The notes below the pieces were generated by a model, which was given only the letters and a program-made list of their open reading frames with translations, did not search any database and had not been told where the DNA came from. Shown in pieces: positions 21,854 to 31,497 of a DNA stretch of 36,842 nucleotides. Position numbers and translations under genes: made by a program. Position 1 is the stretch's first letter. Each line of letters opens with the position of its first letter. Origin of the DNA: Nemertoderma westbladi (lineage: Eukaryota > Animalia > Xenacoelomorpha); NCBI GenBank assembly GCA_032718475.1, contig JAUCBJ010008897.1, positions 1 to 36,842 on the forward strand, written 5' to 3'.

Positions 21854-24115
21854 TTAGTCTTTCTTGCGTGGACGGCGTTTACGCAGTTTTTTAAAGCTAG
21901 CCAGAGTCCTTTTCTCTTTGGGGCGAGCCACTTTACAAGGAGGGCTATAACTCCTGGGTGAAGGGTGCAATATGATTGCATCAGAGGGTGTAGGATTATG
22001 GTCGGTGTATCCGCCAGTCGAAGTACTGGGTTGATTGACATCAACGTCAGATGAGAGGGGTCTAACGGCTTTGAGAGCTCGTTTCAAGACAGCCGCTCTT
22101 ACGGGTCCTTTACGAGTGGTCTGAACGAGGGCCGTGGGTGGACCATAGGCAGTTAGAAACCTCCGGGGTTTAATGGTCCTTTCCAACTCGCGTTCGCGGG
22201 CTCGGTATTCGTAAGGCCGTCGATATACTTCCTGTAACTCAGGGTGTGAGTTAACAAACAAGTCTCCATAGTCCGGATCCTGACGGATATAATTGATTAA
22301 GTTATAGGAATGAAGGTCGCTAGGATTAACACTCCTGAGAAATTTGCGTACGAATTTGGTTGAAATACATTCTCCGACGCGCTTCAGTAGCTCGTAACTT
22401 GATATGCGTGATTTCTGTTCAACCGAAGCGAATAGATAAGGATGGAACGCATAAACTCCTTCGTAAGCGCGTCCGGGATAATAGCGATGGCGCGAATCAC
22501 AATGTAAATCAGCGTTCGCTTCCCAAGCTCTGATGTAACGTAGTGTGATCATTTCATCTACGCTTTCCAAATCGTGATTAAAAGGGCAATCGAAACTGGC
22601 ATGTCCCTTTAGTTGACAATGGTGACATTGAGTCATAAATTGAGGGCAAACCGCAAAGATATGCAAGTTATTGAGTCTGCAATATGCGCAATAAATTTCC
22701 ATAGTCGGTTGTTCTTGGAAATAGGAACAGCGGACGTTGGTGTCCATGGGCGTATCGTGGTCTCTCGATGCGCATAACCGACAACGTTGCCTAGAAACAT
22801 AGTTGGCATGTCGATAATCGTACGCAGTGAGACACTGTGGACCTTGATACCATTCTATGATGTAATCGTTGTCGCTGGTCTGGGGCGCGATAGGCTGAAT
22901 CTCTTCAGATTCTAGACATATTGGTTCGTCTTCCAAGTGCATAGCTGAAGTGGGCGCGTCTGTCTCTTCAGGTGGACCTATTGTCTGAATTTCCACGACA
23001 GAATAACCTGTGGGGATTCGAGGTCTTTGTATAACAGAGGAGTGCAAGTTCGATATACAAATCTCTTGGAAAACGGCGAATCCAGCGCTATCCAACTTCT
23101 CTGCAGCTGAGTCTCTTAGGCTGAGCTTGGTCAAAGCGCGGTCTTTAAATTGGCTATCCACGTTGCGGAACGGGGTTAAAAATCGCCGGAAACATTCGAA
23201 ACGGATGAATTTATTATGTTCATCTAGCTTAGCGAGTTTGGTCCCAAGTATTAATGGATGGGCGCGTATAGTACGACTGCACACATCGGCTAGCCAACCG
23301 GCAAGTGCGGTGTTTTCAAAGATCGTGTATATAGCTAAGGAGGGACGGAGTGGAACACTCATGAAGCTATACACGGCGCCAGGTGCGGTTAATGGTCCAT
23401 CAAAGTACAATCGAGAATAATGATCTCCGTATACTTGTTGATAGTTAATGGGATTTCCGACTTTGAAATTCCATCCGTATTCCTGAAAGGCAAGATGTCC
23501 GATGGAAGTTCGTTGCACCTTTGTAATGTTGCTAGGCGTATTAGCATACATAGTGCGGAAGAAACCTCGACCTTCTGCCCAGGGAGCAATCAGCTGAGTA
23601 TCAACGAAAGGGTATGGAATGTTCTCCATATTCCGAAAGTCGTTTTGGAGATCTCCATAAACAGCTGAGCCGATTTTAAGGATTCTTTCGTTGAACAACA
23701 TCTCGAGTATGGGCTGGGGTAACATCGATCCATCGATGCCCATGGCCGGTTTGCGTTCGGTGTCAATGACGTAACGCTGCGCGAGTTCGAATTGTCCATG
23801 TCGGAGATTCTTTTGTGTTTCGGTGAGAGTTTCAAAAGAATAATCAATCATTTCGGAACACGCTCGAGTAAACACGTGGGTAGAACCAGCTAATCCGCGT
23901 ATATGGATCATGCGCGTAGTTCCTAGTTCTCCGACCGGAACGCTACCTTCATTATCGTAGGTGACAACTCCATACATCTCAATAACATTAAGAGTTTCAT
24001 TCCACTCCTTGGTGGCGTTCTCTAGGGTCATCCCTATTGGATGCCACAAGGTGGCGCATTGGTTAGCGTCAGGGAGATCACTATACTTCATGTGCCGAGT
24101 GGTATACGTCTCCAC
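21854..24115 (-). CDS. C-terminal part of an unknown protein: DEDDy 3'-5' exonuclease-like domain, three CCHC zinc knuckles and a basic NLS-like tail (frame open up to 24247)
   Basis: ExoI-like VVTYDNEG, ExoII-like LPQPILEMLFNERILKIGSAVYGDL, then FVDTQ, SIGHLAFQEYG and ExoIII-like PLRPSLAIYTIFE. Knuckles: CRLC-x4-H-x9-C, CAYC-x5-H-x4-C, CHHC-x4-H-x4-C. C-terminus KKLRKRRPRKKD. Confidence 0.7.
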   Translation of the reverse strand: METYTTRHMKYSDLPDANQCATLWHPIGMTLENATKEWNETLNVIEMYGVVTYDNEGSVPVGELGTTRMIHIRGLAGSTHVFTRACSEMIDYSFETLTETQKNLRHGQFELAQRYVIDTERKPAMGIDGSMLPQPILEMLFNERILKIGSAVYGDLQNDFRNMENIPYPFVDTQLIAPWAEGRGFFRTMYANTPSNITKVQRTSIGHLAFQEYGWNFKVGNPINYQQVYGDHYSRLYFDGPLTAPGAVYSFMSVPLRPSLAIYTIFENTALAGWLADVCSRTIRAHPLILGTKLAKLDEHNKFIRFECFRRFLTPFRNVDSQFKDRALTKLSLRDSAAEKLDSAGFAVFQEICISNLHSSVIQRPRIPTGYSVVEIQTIGPPEETDAPTSAMHLEDEPICLESEEIQPIAPQTSDNDYIIEWYQGPQCLTAYDYRHANYVSRQRCRLCASRDHDTPMDTNVRCSYFQEQPTMEIYCAYCRLNNLHIFAVCPQFMTQCHHCQLKGHASFDCPFNHDLESVDEMITLRYIRAWEANADLHCDSRHRYYPGRAYEGVYAFHPYLFASVEQKSRISSYELLKRVGECISTKFVRKFLRSVNPSDLHSYNLINYIRQDPDYGDLFVNSHPELQEVYRRPYEYRARERELERTIKPRRFLTAYGPPTALVQTTRKGPVRAAVLKRALKAVRPLSSDVDVNQPSTSTGGYTDHNPTPSDAIILHPSPRSYSPPCKVARPKEKRTLASFKKLRKRRPRKKD

Positions 24116-24247
24116 ATTTCCATATCTTTGTATTTTCTCTTCTTCAAATAATACATCTAGATTCCAATGGACTAATCGAGTTTTAATAAATCCATCGAGA
24201 TTATAAGGAGGTTCTATATCTTTCTCGATTCGAGAAATGTTATACGG

Positions 24248-26107
24248 TTATCTAAATGAGTTTACCTTTACTAACTGATCCAGATGTTTCTGCAATTGTT
24301 CGAGTTCGACAATGTCTAGAGGATTTATTAGTGGTAGAAACTTTAAATTATGTGTCGGGTCTTCTGGTTTTACCATATAATATTGAGTCAGATTAACGTA
24401 ATAAGGGTGGTCTTTAATCCCATAAAACGAGTTCTGTAAAGGTCTAGCGCGTATGTTGACATCGTGTACCATACGACGGACAAGATCCGCTCGATTGTCC
24501 GGAGGTTCAACGAGTATACCGTCAACACGAGCGGCCTCGATCGGCGGACGCTGTAACATAGGGGCGTCAGCGATAAGATTTTGCGATCCTGTACTGATAT
24601 CAACCGGTTGAGGTTGTATCGTCGCGAAGAGCTTGTCCCCGAAATGTGGAATCATCGAGGGATGACGAACGGTTTTAGAGTAGAGGTCCGTCATGAGGAT
24701 TTGAGCTTCCGGTTGGGCTAAAGCGGCTTCTTCTCTCTCTTCCAGTTTCGTGTGTTTCTCCTCGAGTAGAATTTCTTCCGCTTGTCTCTGTAAGCGTTCA
24801 TCTAAAAATTCTTGTAGAGAATACGTGCGTCCAAGCTCTATGTCTTCCTCGAGGTTTTGGATTTCCCTATCGAACTGTGGCAAGGCTAACTCCTTCACCG
24901 ATTGGACTTGTTGTTGTAATTTACGTTTCTCTAAACAATCTTGTGTTCCCTTTCCGATTTTCTGTCGAATGGCGTCTAAAGCGTTTCTTATAACGCTCTC
25001 CTCGACTTCCGTGGCGGGTTGCATCGGGTTTAATCCTGGACGATTGTAAGGATCAAAGGGCGATATTAGCTGCCCGCGTCCCAATCCGGCTAAGTAGGAT
25101 GGGCGGATGTCTAACGAACCCACTACCGGAGCACCACTGATTAATTGTTCGGGTAACACTAAGTCTTTGAACAGGGAATATAGTTCGGGAGGATCAGTGA
25201 TACTGTTAGGATCAAGAGTTTGAGGTCTCACTAGGGAATGAGGAGGCCTGACCGAGTATTCCGGAACTCTGATCATGGGTTTATTCAGTGATCGTTTAAG
25301 ACGAGCGATCGTGGGTGGTATGTCGAACAGGTTTCGCTCGAAACTCCCGTAAGTGTAACGCGTAAAACTATGTTTAGCGCAACGTCTCCGCGGATGTTTG
25401 TGTCTTTCCGTTTGTTGGTTGGGTCTAGGGCATTCGTCACAATAATACCAAAGACGTACGTCCTGTAGAGGAAACGCGGGTGAACGTTCTCCAGTTTTGC
25501 AATATTCTTCCATTTGTTCAAAACTATCCGGGATAACAGGTAGTGGACGATCGGCGGTAAGATACATCATAGTGAAATAGAGCCGTTTGAGTTCTACCAC
25601 AGGGTCGTGATGTATACCTTGAGGATATCGAGTCTCTAAGTTCTGCTGACTAGCGATGTTGAGATAGGTTTCTCTCAAAAATTCTAGGTATTCGTTGAAG
25701 TCGATGCGTTTATCCGGTTCTTCAACGTTTTCTCTTTCCAGTCTATTACGAATAGAATTTTCGTGATCTATTCTCGGTTTATCGTTACGACTCCGCTGGG
25801 TATGATATTTAAATAGAACCATTTCCCTCTCTGTATCTACATCGTCCGTATCATGTAAATCGATAGGATGGCCGGTCGTTAAGAAGTCCATATACGTACC
25901 ATTACGATTCGTATAGCGAGTGGTGAATTTTCGATAGTCCAATTCACGCGCAAGTTGCTCTTGGGACATCGGCGGTTCGATATAACGACCATCGTCCTCC
26001 GTAATGGTTGGATCGGCTTCACCGCGTATTAAGCTATCCACAAATGCTTGTAAAGGTAGAGTATATCGCTCCCTAATACCAAGATCATCTTCTATCAACT
26101 CCGTCAT
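24248..26107 (-). CDS. N-terminal part (619 aa) of the same unknown protein; one putative Cys/His finger and a Glu/Gln-rich coiled-coil-like segment
   Basis: A long ATG-initiated intronless ORF containing CDEC-x9-HKH-x4-C. It is in frame with 21854-24115 across one TAA and 44 stop-free codons. Its C-terminal end is conserved in the paralog at 15604-15880. Confidence 0.7.
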   Translation of the reverse strand: MTELIEDDLGIRERYTLPLQAFVDSLIRGEADPTITEDDGRYIEPPMSQEQLARELDYRKFTTRYTNRNGTYMDFLTTGHPIDLHDTDDVDTEREMVLFKYHTQRSRNDKPRIDHENSIRNRLERENVEEPDKRIDFNEYLEFLRETYLNIASQQNLETRYPQGIHHDPVVELKRLYFTMMYLTADRPLPVIPDSFEQMEEYCKTGERSPAFPLQDVRLWYYCDECPRPNQQTERHKHPRRRCAKHSFTRYTYGSFERNLFDIPPTIARLKRSLNKPMIRVPEYSVRPPHSLVRPQTLDPNSITDPPELYSLFKDLVLPEQLISGAPVVGSLDIRPSYLAGLGRGQLISPFDPYNRPGLNPMQPATEVEESVIRNALDAIRQKIGKGTQDCLEKRKLQQQVQSVKELALPQFDREIQNLEEDIELGRTYSLQEFLDERLQRQAEEILLEEKHTKLEEREEAALAQPEAQILMTDLYSKTVRHPSMIPHFGDKLFATIQPQPVDISTGSQNLIADAPMLQRPPIEAARVDGILVEPPDNRADLVRRMVHDVNIRARPLQNSFYGIKDHPYYVNLTQYYMVKPEDPTHNLKFLPLINPLDIVELEQLQKHLDQLVKVNSFR

Positions 26108-26919
26108 ATCTGCTATCTGAGTTTATTAATATCAAATAAGTTTATATTTAGGCGAGCGGGCGTCGCTGCCTACTTCTCTTTGCCCCCGGACAGTGGGATT
26201 CTCAGCGCCGATGTACCGTCGTCGCGGTGTTTACGCCAACATGTAGCAACAGCACGACAACGATAACCGGCACAAGTCACTCCACTGTCCGTCCCAAAGG
26301 CTTGGATCCACTTAGGTTCTTTCTATAGGAGAGTTGGGCTACTTTTACAATTGCGACTAGCTACTGTAAACATACTTTAGCAGTAACATTCACCTATAAA
26401 CGCACAAATTCCACACAACTGTCACCAACTGCACACATACAGGCCATTTGTCCGTTAGTCAGTGCCTTCCAGAATGTCACGTTATTACTGTGTATCCTTG
26501 GATACTAGCAGTGTGCTATATTCTCTATGCTATGCAATGGGACAAGCTTTCTATTGTTCTTTTAACTTGCTTCTAATTCTAGCGTGGGTGTTGCTATGGT
26601 GACATTATGGAATGCTAGCGGTAGAATTAGGGTAATTCTCATGCATACAGATCTGGGATGCTATTTAATAATAATTCTTTAATTGTCAATATCCTCTTTA
26701 TGCATGATTTTATTAATTTTATCGGCTATTGACTATATGTTGGAGATTCTCGCACTCTAATACACTCAATAGGATGAATCTCCGCTCCCATGATCTATTA
26801 ATTAATGGAATTTTGGGAATGTTATAAATTGTACAAAATGACAATTTATGAAATTCATTTAAAATATGAATTTAAATTTATTCCTGTGAATTTTATTATT
26901 TGATGTTAAAATTGACACA

Positions 26920-27212
26920 ATTTGATTCCAGAGCAGGTCTGGGGACATAGGATCCTTAATTCTATGAAATTTGTCTTTTAAGAGTATCGGTAAGTGCTAC
27001 GATATCTTAATCGACTAGAATTGTTAACGGATCTGAATTTTACAGATTTTACTAAATATTAAATTAATTTTAAGATGGGCACCGATTTATTCCAGAACTT
27101 GTCTGGGGACGTTAACCACTGATTCTAGAATTTGTCTTTCAAGTATATCGGTGGGTGCCGCGATATCTTAATCGACTAGAATTACAGATGGTCAAAAAGT
27201 TTAACAGATTTA
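26920..27212. repeat. Diverged direct duplication with a period of about 160 bp in the pol-to-ORF spacer
   Basis: attccaga..gtctggggac..atttgtcttt..tatcggt..gtgc..cgatatcttaatcgactagaatt..acagattt occurs twice. Confidence 0.8.
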
Positions 27213-27726
27213 TTTGCGTTTTACGCTACTGTTAGAGGGACATCACGCTACTATATGTATTATTTAATATAAGGTAGAAGAGCAATATCGCACGAAGCAA
27301 TGTCAGTGTGAAGAGGCAAGTCGTTTCCAAGGTCTACCCAGAGCTTGGTTTAGCCGAGACACGAGGATCTGAACTTTGCATTCCTAATACTCTGCCTACT
27401 AATAATACTTGAATATAGTAGTGGCTTTATTGTACTTTAATAAGTACGGACATTTCATCTTACTGTAGTCACGTATTTATAATATGATACGGACAGTAAG
27501 GAAAGAGAAAAAATTATTTCTCGCCGTCGCACTAAATATATTATAAGTGATTACGTACGTAATAAACACTAATATATTGCACTAATCTACTAAATAATCA
27601 CTAAAATAACATTCTACTAAATAAAATTGAATAAAAACGATTATAATAAAGTACATAATAAAGTTCGCATATAAAAATATAATAAAATAGATAAAACAAT
27701 ATAGTCATACACCCACTCCAGACGTA

Positions 27727-30198
27727 TCACGTTGGGGAGTCCCTAGATGTTTGAGGAATTAGGGAGGTGGTCGTGGGAAGAGTGTCTTGCCTTCCATAGT
27801 TTCCAGAGAGTTCTCTGTCTCTTTCCAGTAAACATAAACGACCAACTGGGCGATTGAGTTGTTGCGTCTCAAAGATTATGCCTGGCTTCTTGAAGTTACG
27901 CCGCATGACGACAAGTTCTACTGAGCGCACTAAACCATCATCCGAGATGTGAGTCTCGATGATACGACCTGTCTGCCACCGTTTACGTAGGAGGTCTGGA
28001 TCTACAATAAGCACCATATCTCCGGCGCTGACGTTTTCTTGCTGCGCAAACCACTTAGTTCGAAGTTGTAGCGTGGGCAGATAATGTTTCTCGAAATGGT
28101 CAGCGAAACGACGGGATAGCAACTGCATAAGTTGCCAAGTTCGACGGCAGTATTCGTCTCCGTCGGCAATCTCCGATCTTGGGAGCATGGCTACAGGTTT
28201 CTTCAGTAGGAAGTGCGCGGGTGTTAGCGCTTCCAGGGAATCGGGACTCGATGAGACTGGCATAAGCGGTCTCTCGTTGAGATAGGCAGCGATTTCCTCC
28301 ATTAATGTCCGCAAAAGTTCGTCGGTGAGATACGCGCGGCATGGCACTATAAAGTGAAATGCGGTTTTGACACTTCGAATTAATCTCTCCCAACTTCCTC
28401 CCCACCAAGGGGCGTCGGCGGCGTTGAAGGTCCAGCTAGACGCTGTTATCCTTAGTTGGTCGTCCACCTGTCTTTGGTTCCAGTCCTTCACGTAAGCCTG
28501 TATTTCGTTGTTGGCACCAATGAAGTTCGTTCCCTTATCCGATCTCATGGTATTACTCGTCCCGAAGCGAGCGATCTGTCGTCGTAAACTTAAGACGAAG
28601 CTGTTGGTAGATAGATCGTTCACCATATCGAGATGGATGGCTCTACAAGTCATGCACACGAAGATGACACACCATCTCTTGACTATAGTCCTAGCACGAT
28701 ATACTTCAATAGGGCCAAATAAATCTACACCAGTATTAGTAAAAGGTGGTTCATAGAAGCTTACTCGTTCCCTAGGTAATTCTGCCTCTCGCTGTGTTAA
28801 AGGCCTACTGAATGCTTTCCTACAGGGTATGCAGTTCCTAAGAACTTGGTTCAGAGCTCTACGGGGTTTATAAAAATAATAGCGAGTTCGGATTTCGCTA
28901 AGAACTCGTTCTCTACCAGCATGATAAAGTTTGCTGTGAACATCTACAATCATCTTGATTTGTACTTCAAGATTTCTAATGAGTATGGGGAATTTAGTGT
29001 CAAAGGATAATGGCGCATTGGTGAGTCTTCCTCCAACACGTATTAACCCATCTATCATTGTGCTCGAGAATCGATCCCTTAAGCGCATCTGCGGATTTCT
29101 CAACAACAGGAAATACTTTTCGGAATCCTCATAGCATTGCAGGAGTCTCAGTATCTGCTTATTGGTTTCTTCATGCTCCTGGTGACTAATTTTCTCCTTT
29201 AGAAAACGGTCAGATGTCTTATATTTGGGTAAATTTTTAATAACATGAACTTGTGCAGATGTCAATGGAGCGTTATCGCTAGTGGTCCTCGTCCTGGAGT
29301 AGTGATGATGAAAACATCGTCTTAAATATGTGACGGCTTTACAGAGCCGATTCCAGGAACTGTAATGATGCATTGCTCTCTGCAGCATGGGTGAGATTCC
29401 TTGCGAGACGTCTGGTATTCCAGATTTCCAATCTCTATCTCTAATTTCCACAACAGACTTATTTGTGTTGAGGGATTGTGGATCCGAAGCATCATTCCCG
29501 GAAGTATGTAATACAGATAGATCGATAGTCGGTTTAAATAACTTCAATTTACTCGCCCGGGTTTTAGGTTTGACTGTCTCCGCTCCCTTGGCTTGTCTAA
29601 TCTCTGTCGTAGTAAGGTGAGGAGGCCATTCATCCTCTTCCTTGCTCAGGAAGTCGGGTCCACCCAACCAGTCAGGGGTATCTATCAGTTCCTGTGGAGT
29701 TGCTCCTCTGGAGGCGATGTCAGCTGGGTTAATCGTACCAGGGCAATGTCTCCATTGATCTATCGTTGTGCGACTAAGAATAATGGCCACTCTGTTAGTA
29801 ACAAAGATGCTGAACTGACAGACTTCATTCGTTATATATTCCAATACAAGTAAAGCGTCGGTCCAATAAACAGTTTTCTCCAGTGGATAATCGATCTGTT
29901 CTGTTACATTCCGGCCGATAGCTGTAGCGTATAAGGCTGCTTTTAACTCCGCCCGAGGAACCTTAAGCTTGTTGTTAATCAATGCCTTAGAGGTAACCAA
30001 GGCAACTTTGATTCCATCCGGAGTTTCGACTCGCAGGTATGCTACTATACCAATTCCCATATCGCTGGCATCTCCAAATACATGGAGTTGATAGGAATAC
30101 GTAGGGAGAACATGACCAAAATATGAACGAGAAATTATAAAGTTCTCGATGGCAGGTAGCGAGTCCTCCCATTTCATCCATTTCTTTAATAGTTCTCC
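27727..30198 (-). CDS. Second BEL/Pao pol, 5'-truncated: RT-RH connection, RNase H and integrase; RT core absent
   Basis: GELLKKWMKW connection motif, LHVFGDAS, PRAEL, YWTD, NPADIASRG, RVGGRL, HHCC, VDLFGP, SDKGTNF, GGSWERLI. Clearly diverged from the 7609-13665 element. Confidence 0.92.
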   Translation of the reverse strand, partial: GELLKKWMKWEDSLPAIENFIISRSYFGHVLPTYSYQLHVFGDASDMGIGIVAYLRVETPDGIKVALVTSKALINNKLKVPRAELKAALYATAIGRNVTEQIDYPLEKTVYWTDALLVLEYITNEVCQFSIFVTNRVAIILSRTTIDQWRHCPGTINPADIASRGATPQELIDTPDWLGGPDFLSKEEDEWPPHLTTTEIRQAKGAETVKPKTRASKLKLFKPTIDLSVLHTSGNDASDPQSLNTNKSVVEIRDRDWKSGIPDVSQGISPMLQRAMHHYSSWNRLCKAVTYLRRCFHHHYSRTRTTSDNAPLTSAQVHVIKNLPKYKTSDRFLKEKISHQEHEETNKQILRLLQCYEDSEKYFLLLRNPQMRLRDRFSSTMIDGLIRVGGRLTNAPLSFDTKFPILIRNLEVQIKMIVDVHSKLYHAGRERVLSEIRTRYYFYKPRRALNQVLRNCIPCRKAFSRPLTQREAELPRERVSFYEPPFTNTGVDLFGPIEVYRARTIVKRWCVIFVCMTCRAIHLDMVNDLSTNSFVLSLRRQIARFGTSNTMRSDKGTNFIGANNEIQAYVKDWNQRQVDDQLRITASSWTFNAADAPWWGGSWERLIRSVKTAFHFIVPCRAYLTDELLRTLMEEIAAYLNERPLMPVSSSPDSLEALTPAHFLLKKPVAMLPRSEIADGDEYCRRTWQLMQLLSRRFADHFEKHYLPTLQLRTKWFAQQENVSAGDMVLIVDPDLLRKRWQTGRIIETHISDDGLVRSVELVVMRRNFKKPGIIFETQQLNRPVGRLCLLERDRELSGNYGRQDTLPTTTSLIPQTSRDSPT

Positions 30199-30213
30199 CT
30201 AACACTCCCCCCC
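30199..30213 (-). other. Polypurine tract followed by a 6-nt LTR-start-like stub (GGGGGGGAG-TGTTAG)
   Basis: Has the classic PPT-TG junction shape and sits exactly where pol homology ends. Confidence 0.55.
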
Positions 30214-30678
30214 ATGCTATCTTCCCGGTGAGAAGATAGCATCCAACTCAAGTGCGCTACAATTCCGCTGGATCCCGATCTATTATCGGGTGTGGGGTGG
30301 GTCTATTTTTTTCGGAGTCGGCTTTCCAGGCCGCTCCCTATGGGTATGATGTCACTACCCTCTGGCGTCTCGTGTCGGGCCGATCGTGCGCTTCTCTCAC
30401 ACAATTTTTGTTTCCCCAACACTCTCACCACTCTAACTCCGCTTTCTGACTCAACTCGCTCTTACCCTCTCCCCACACCTGAATCGCACTCCTCTTTCTC
30501 GCCAACAGTTCCTCTCACTATCTCCTCTCTAATCTCTGCCACTCTCTAAGGCCCTGACCTCTAATGCTACCCCTGTGCTATCATACTATCTACCTACTAC
30601 TCACTTGCTAACTATCTAACTCTCTTACTAACTCTAACTATCTCTCTAAGCCTACTAACTTTAACTCTAACTCTTTTA

Positions 30679-31351
30679 CTACGTGGCGCTTAGGGTGCCC
30701 ACAACCCTCTGCTACTACCTCCATCTACGTGGCGCTTGCGGTGCCCACAACCACTCTACTACTAACTCTAACTAAAACCCTCTATCTACGTGGCGCTTGT
30801 GGTGCCCACAACCACTCTACTATCTACCCTCTACTACTCTACTACCTGGCACCCTATGTGCCCTCTCTACTACTCTACTCTCTGGCACCCTATGTGCCCT
30901 CTCTACTACCTCTAACACTCTAACTCTACTACCTGGCACCCTATGTGCCCTCTCTACTACTCTACTCTATCTACATCTCCACCTCAACTAATACCTCTAT
31001 CTACGTGGCGCTAACGGTGCCCACAACCACTCTACTACTACTTCTACTCTGCTACTATCTTTCTACGTGGCGCTTCCGGTGCCCACAACCACTCTCTGCT
31101 ACTACTTTCTACGTGGCGCTTGCGGTGCCCACAACCCCTCTCTGCTACTACTTTCTACGTGGCGCTTACGGTGCCCACAACCTCCCTACTACTACTCGTG
31201 GCATGACAATATGCCACACTCCCTTACCCCGCCGCCTTCTAACTTCTCTACTTACTATCCTTCTACGTGGCGCTTACGGTGCCCACAACCTCCCTACTAC
31301 TACTCGTGGCATGACAATATGCCACACTCCCTTACCCCGCCGCCTTCTAAC
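30679..31351. repeat. Array of 13 short palindromes separated by CTA-rich low-complexity spacers
   Basis: 8x GTGGCGC-N5-GTGCCCAC, 3x GGCAC-CCTAT-GTGCC and 2x GTGGCAT-GACAAT-ATGCCAC. The last two blocks form a 108-bp-period duplication. Confidence 0.92.
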
Positions 31352-31497
31352 TTACCCTCTACTAACTTATCTTCTGCTAACTATTATTATTTAATTATTT
31401 ATTATTATTTATTTTTATTTTTAATTAAATAATTAATTTCTTGTGGGAAGGGCGTCTCGCCCTCATTCCCACCCCCCTCAGTCCAAATATTGGACGA

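Noticed and set aside
22586-22783. Nanos zinc finger
   Set aside because: The spacing does not match the Nanos pattern C-x2-C-x12-H-x10-C-x7-C-x2-C-x7-H-x4-C.
21854-26107. Envelope (env) gene
   Set aside because: No signal peptide, fusion peptide or C-terminal TM anchor is visible. It instead has nuclease-like motifs, knuckles and a basic tail.
30199-30242. Helitron 3' end (hairpin plus CTRR)
   Set aside because: It ends TTAG rather than CTRR, there is no A|T insertion site, and a PPT-LTR start explains it better.
30683-31325. NFI binding-site array
   Set aside because: NFI needs TGGC-N5-GCCA, whereas here the TGGC and GCC halves are 9-10 nt apart.
30679-31351. CRISPR array (palindromic repeats with variable spacers)
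   Set aside because: The context is a eukaryotic retroelement, the spacers are low-complexity CTA runs related to each other and of irregular length, and no cas genes are present.
30729-31432. Short repetitive ORFs in the palindrome array
   Set aside because: They are by-products of low-complexity repeats and occur in several frames.
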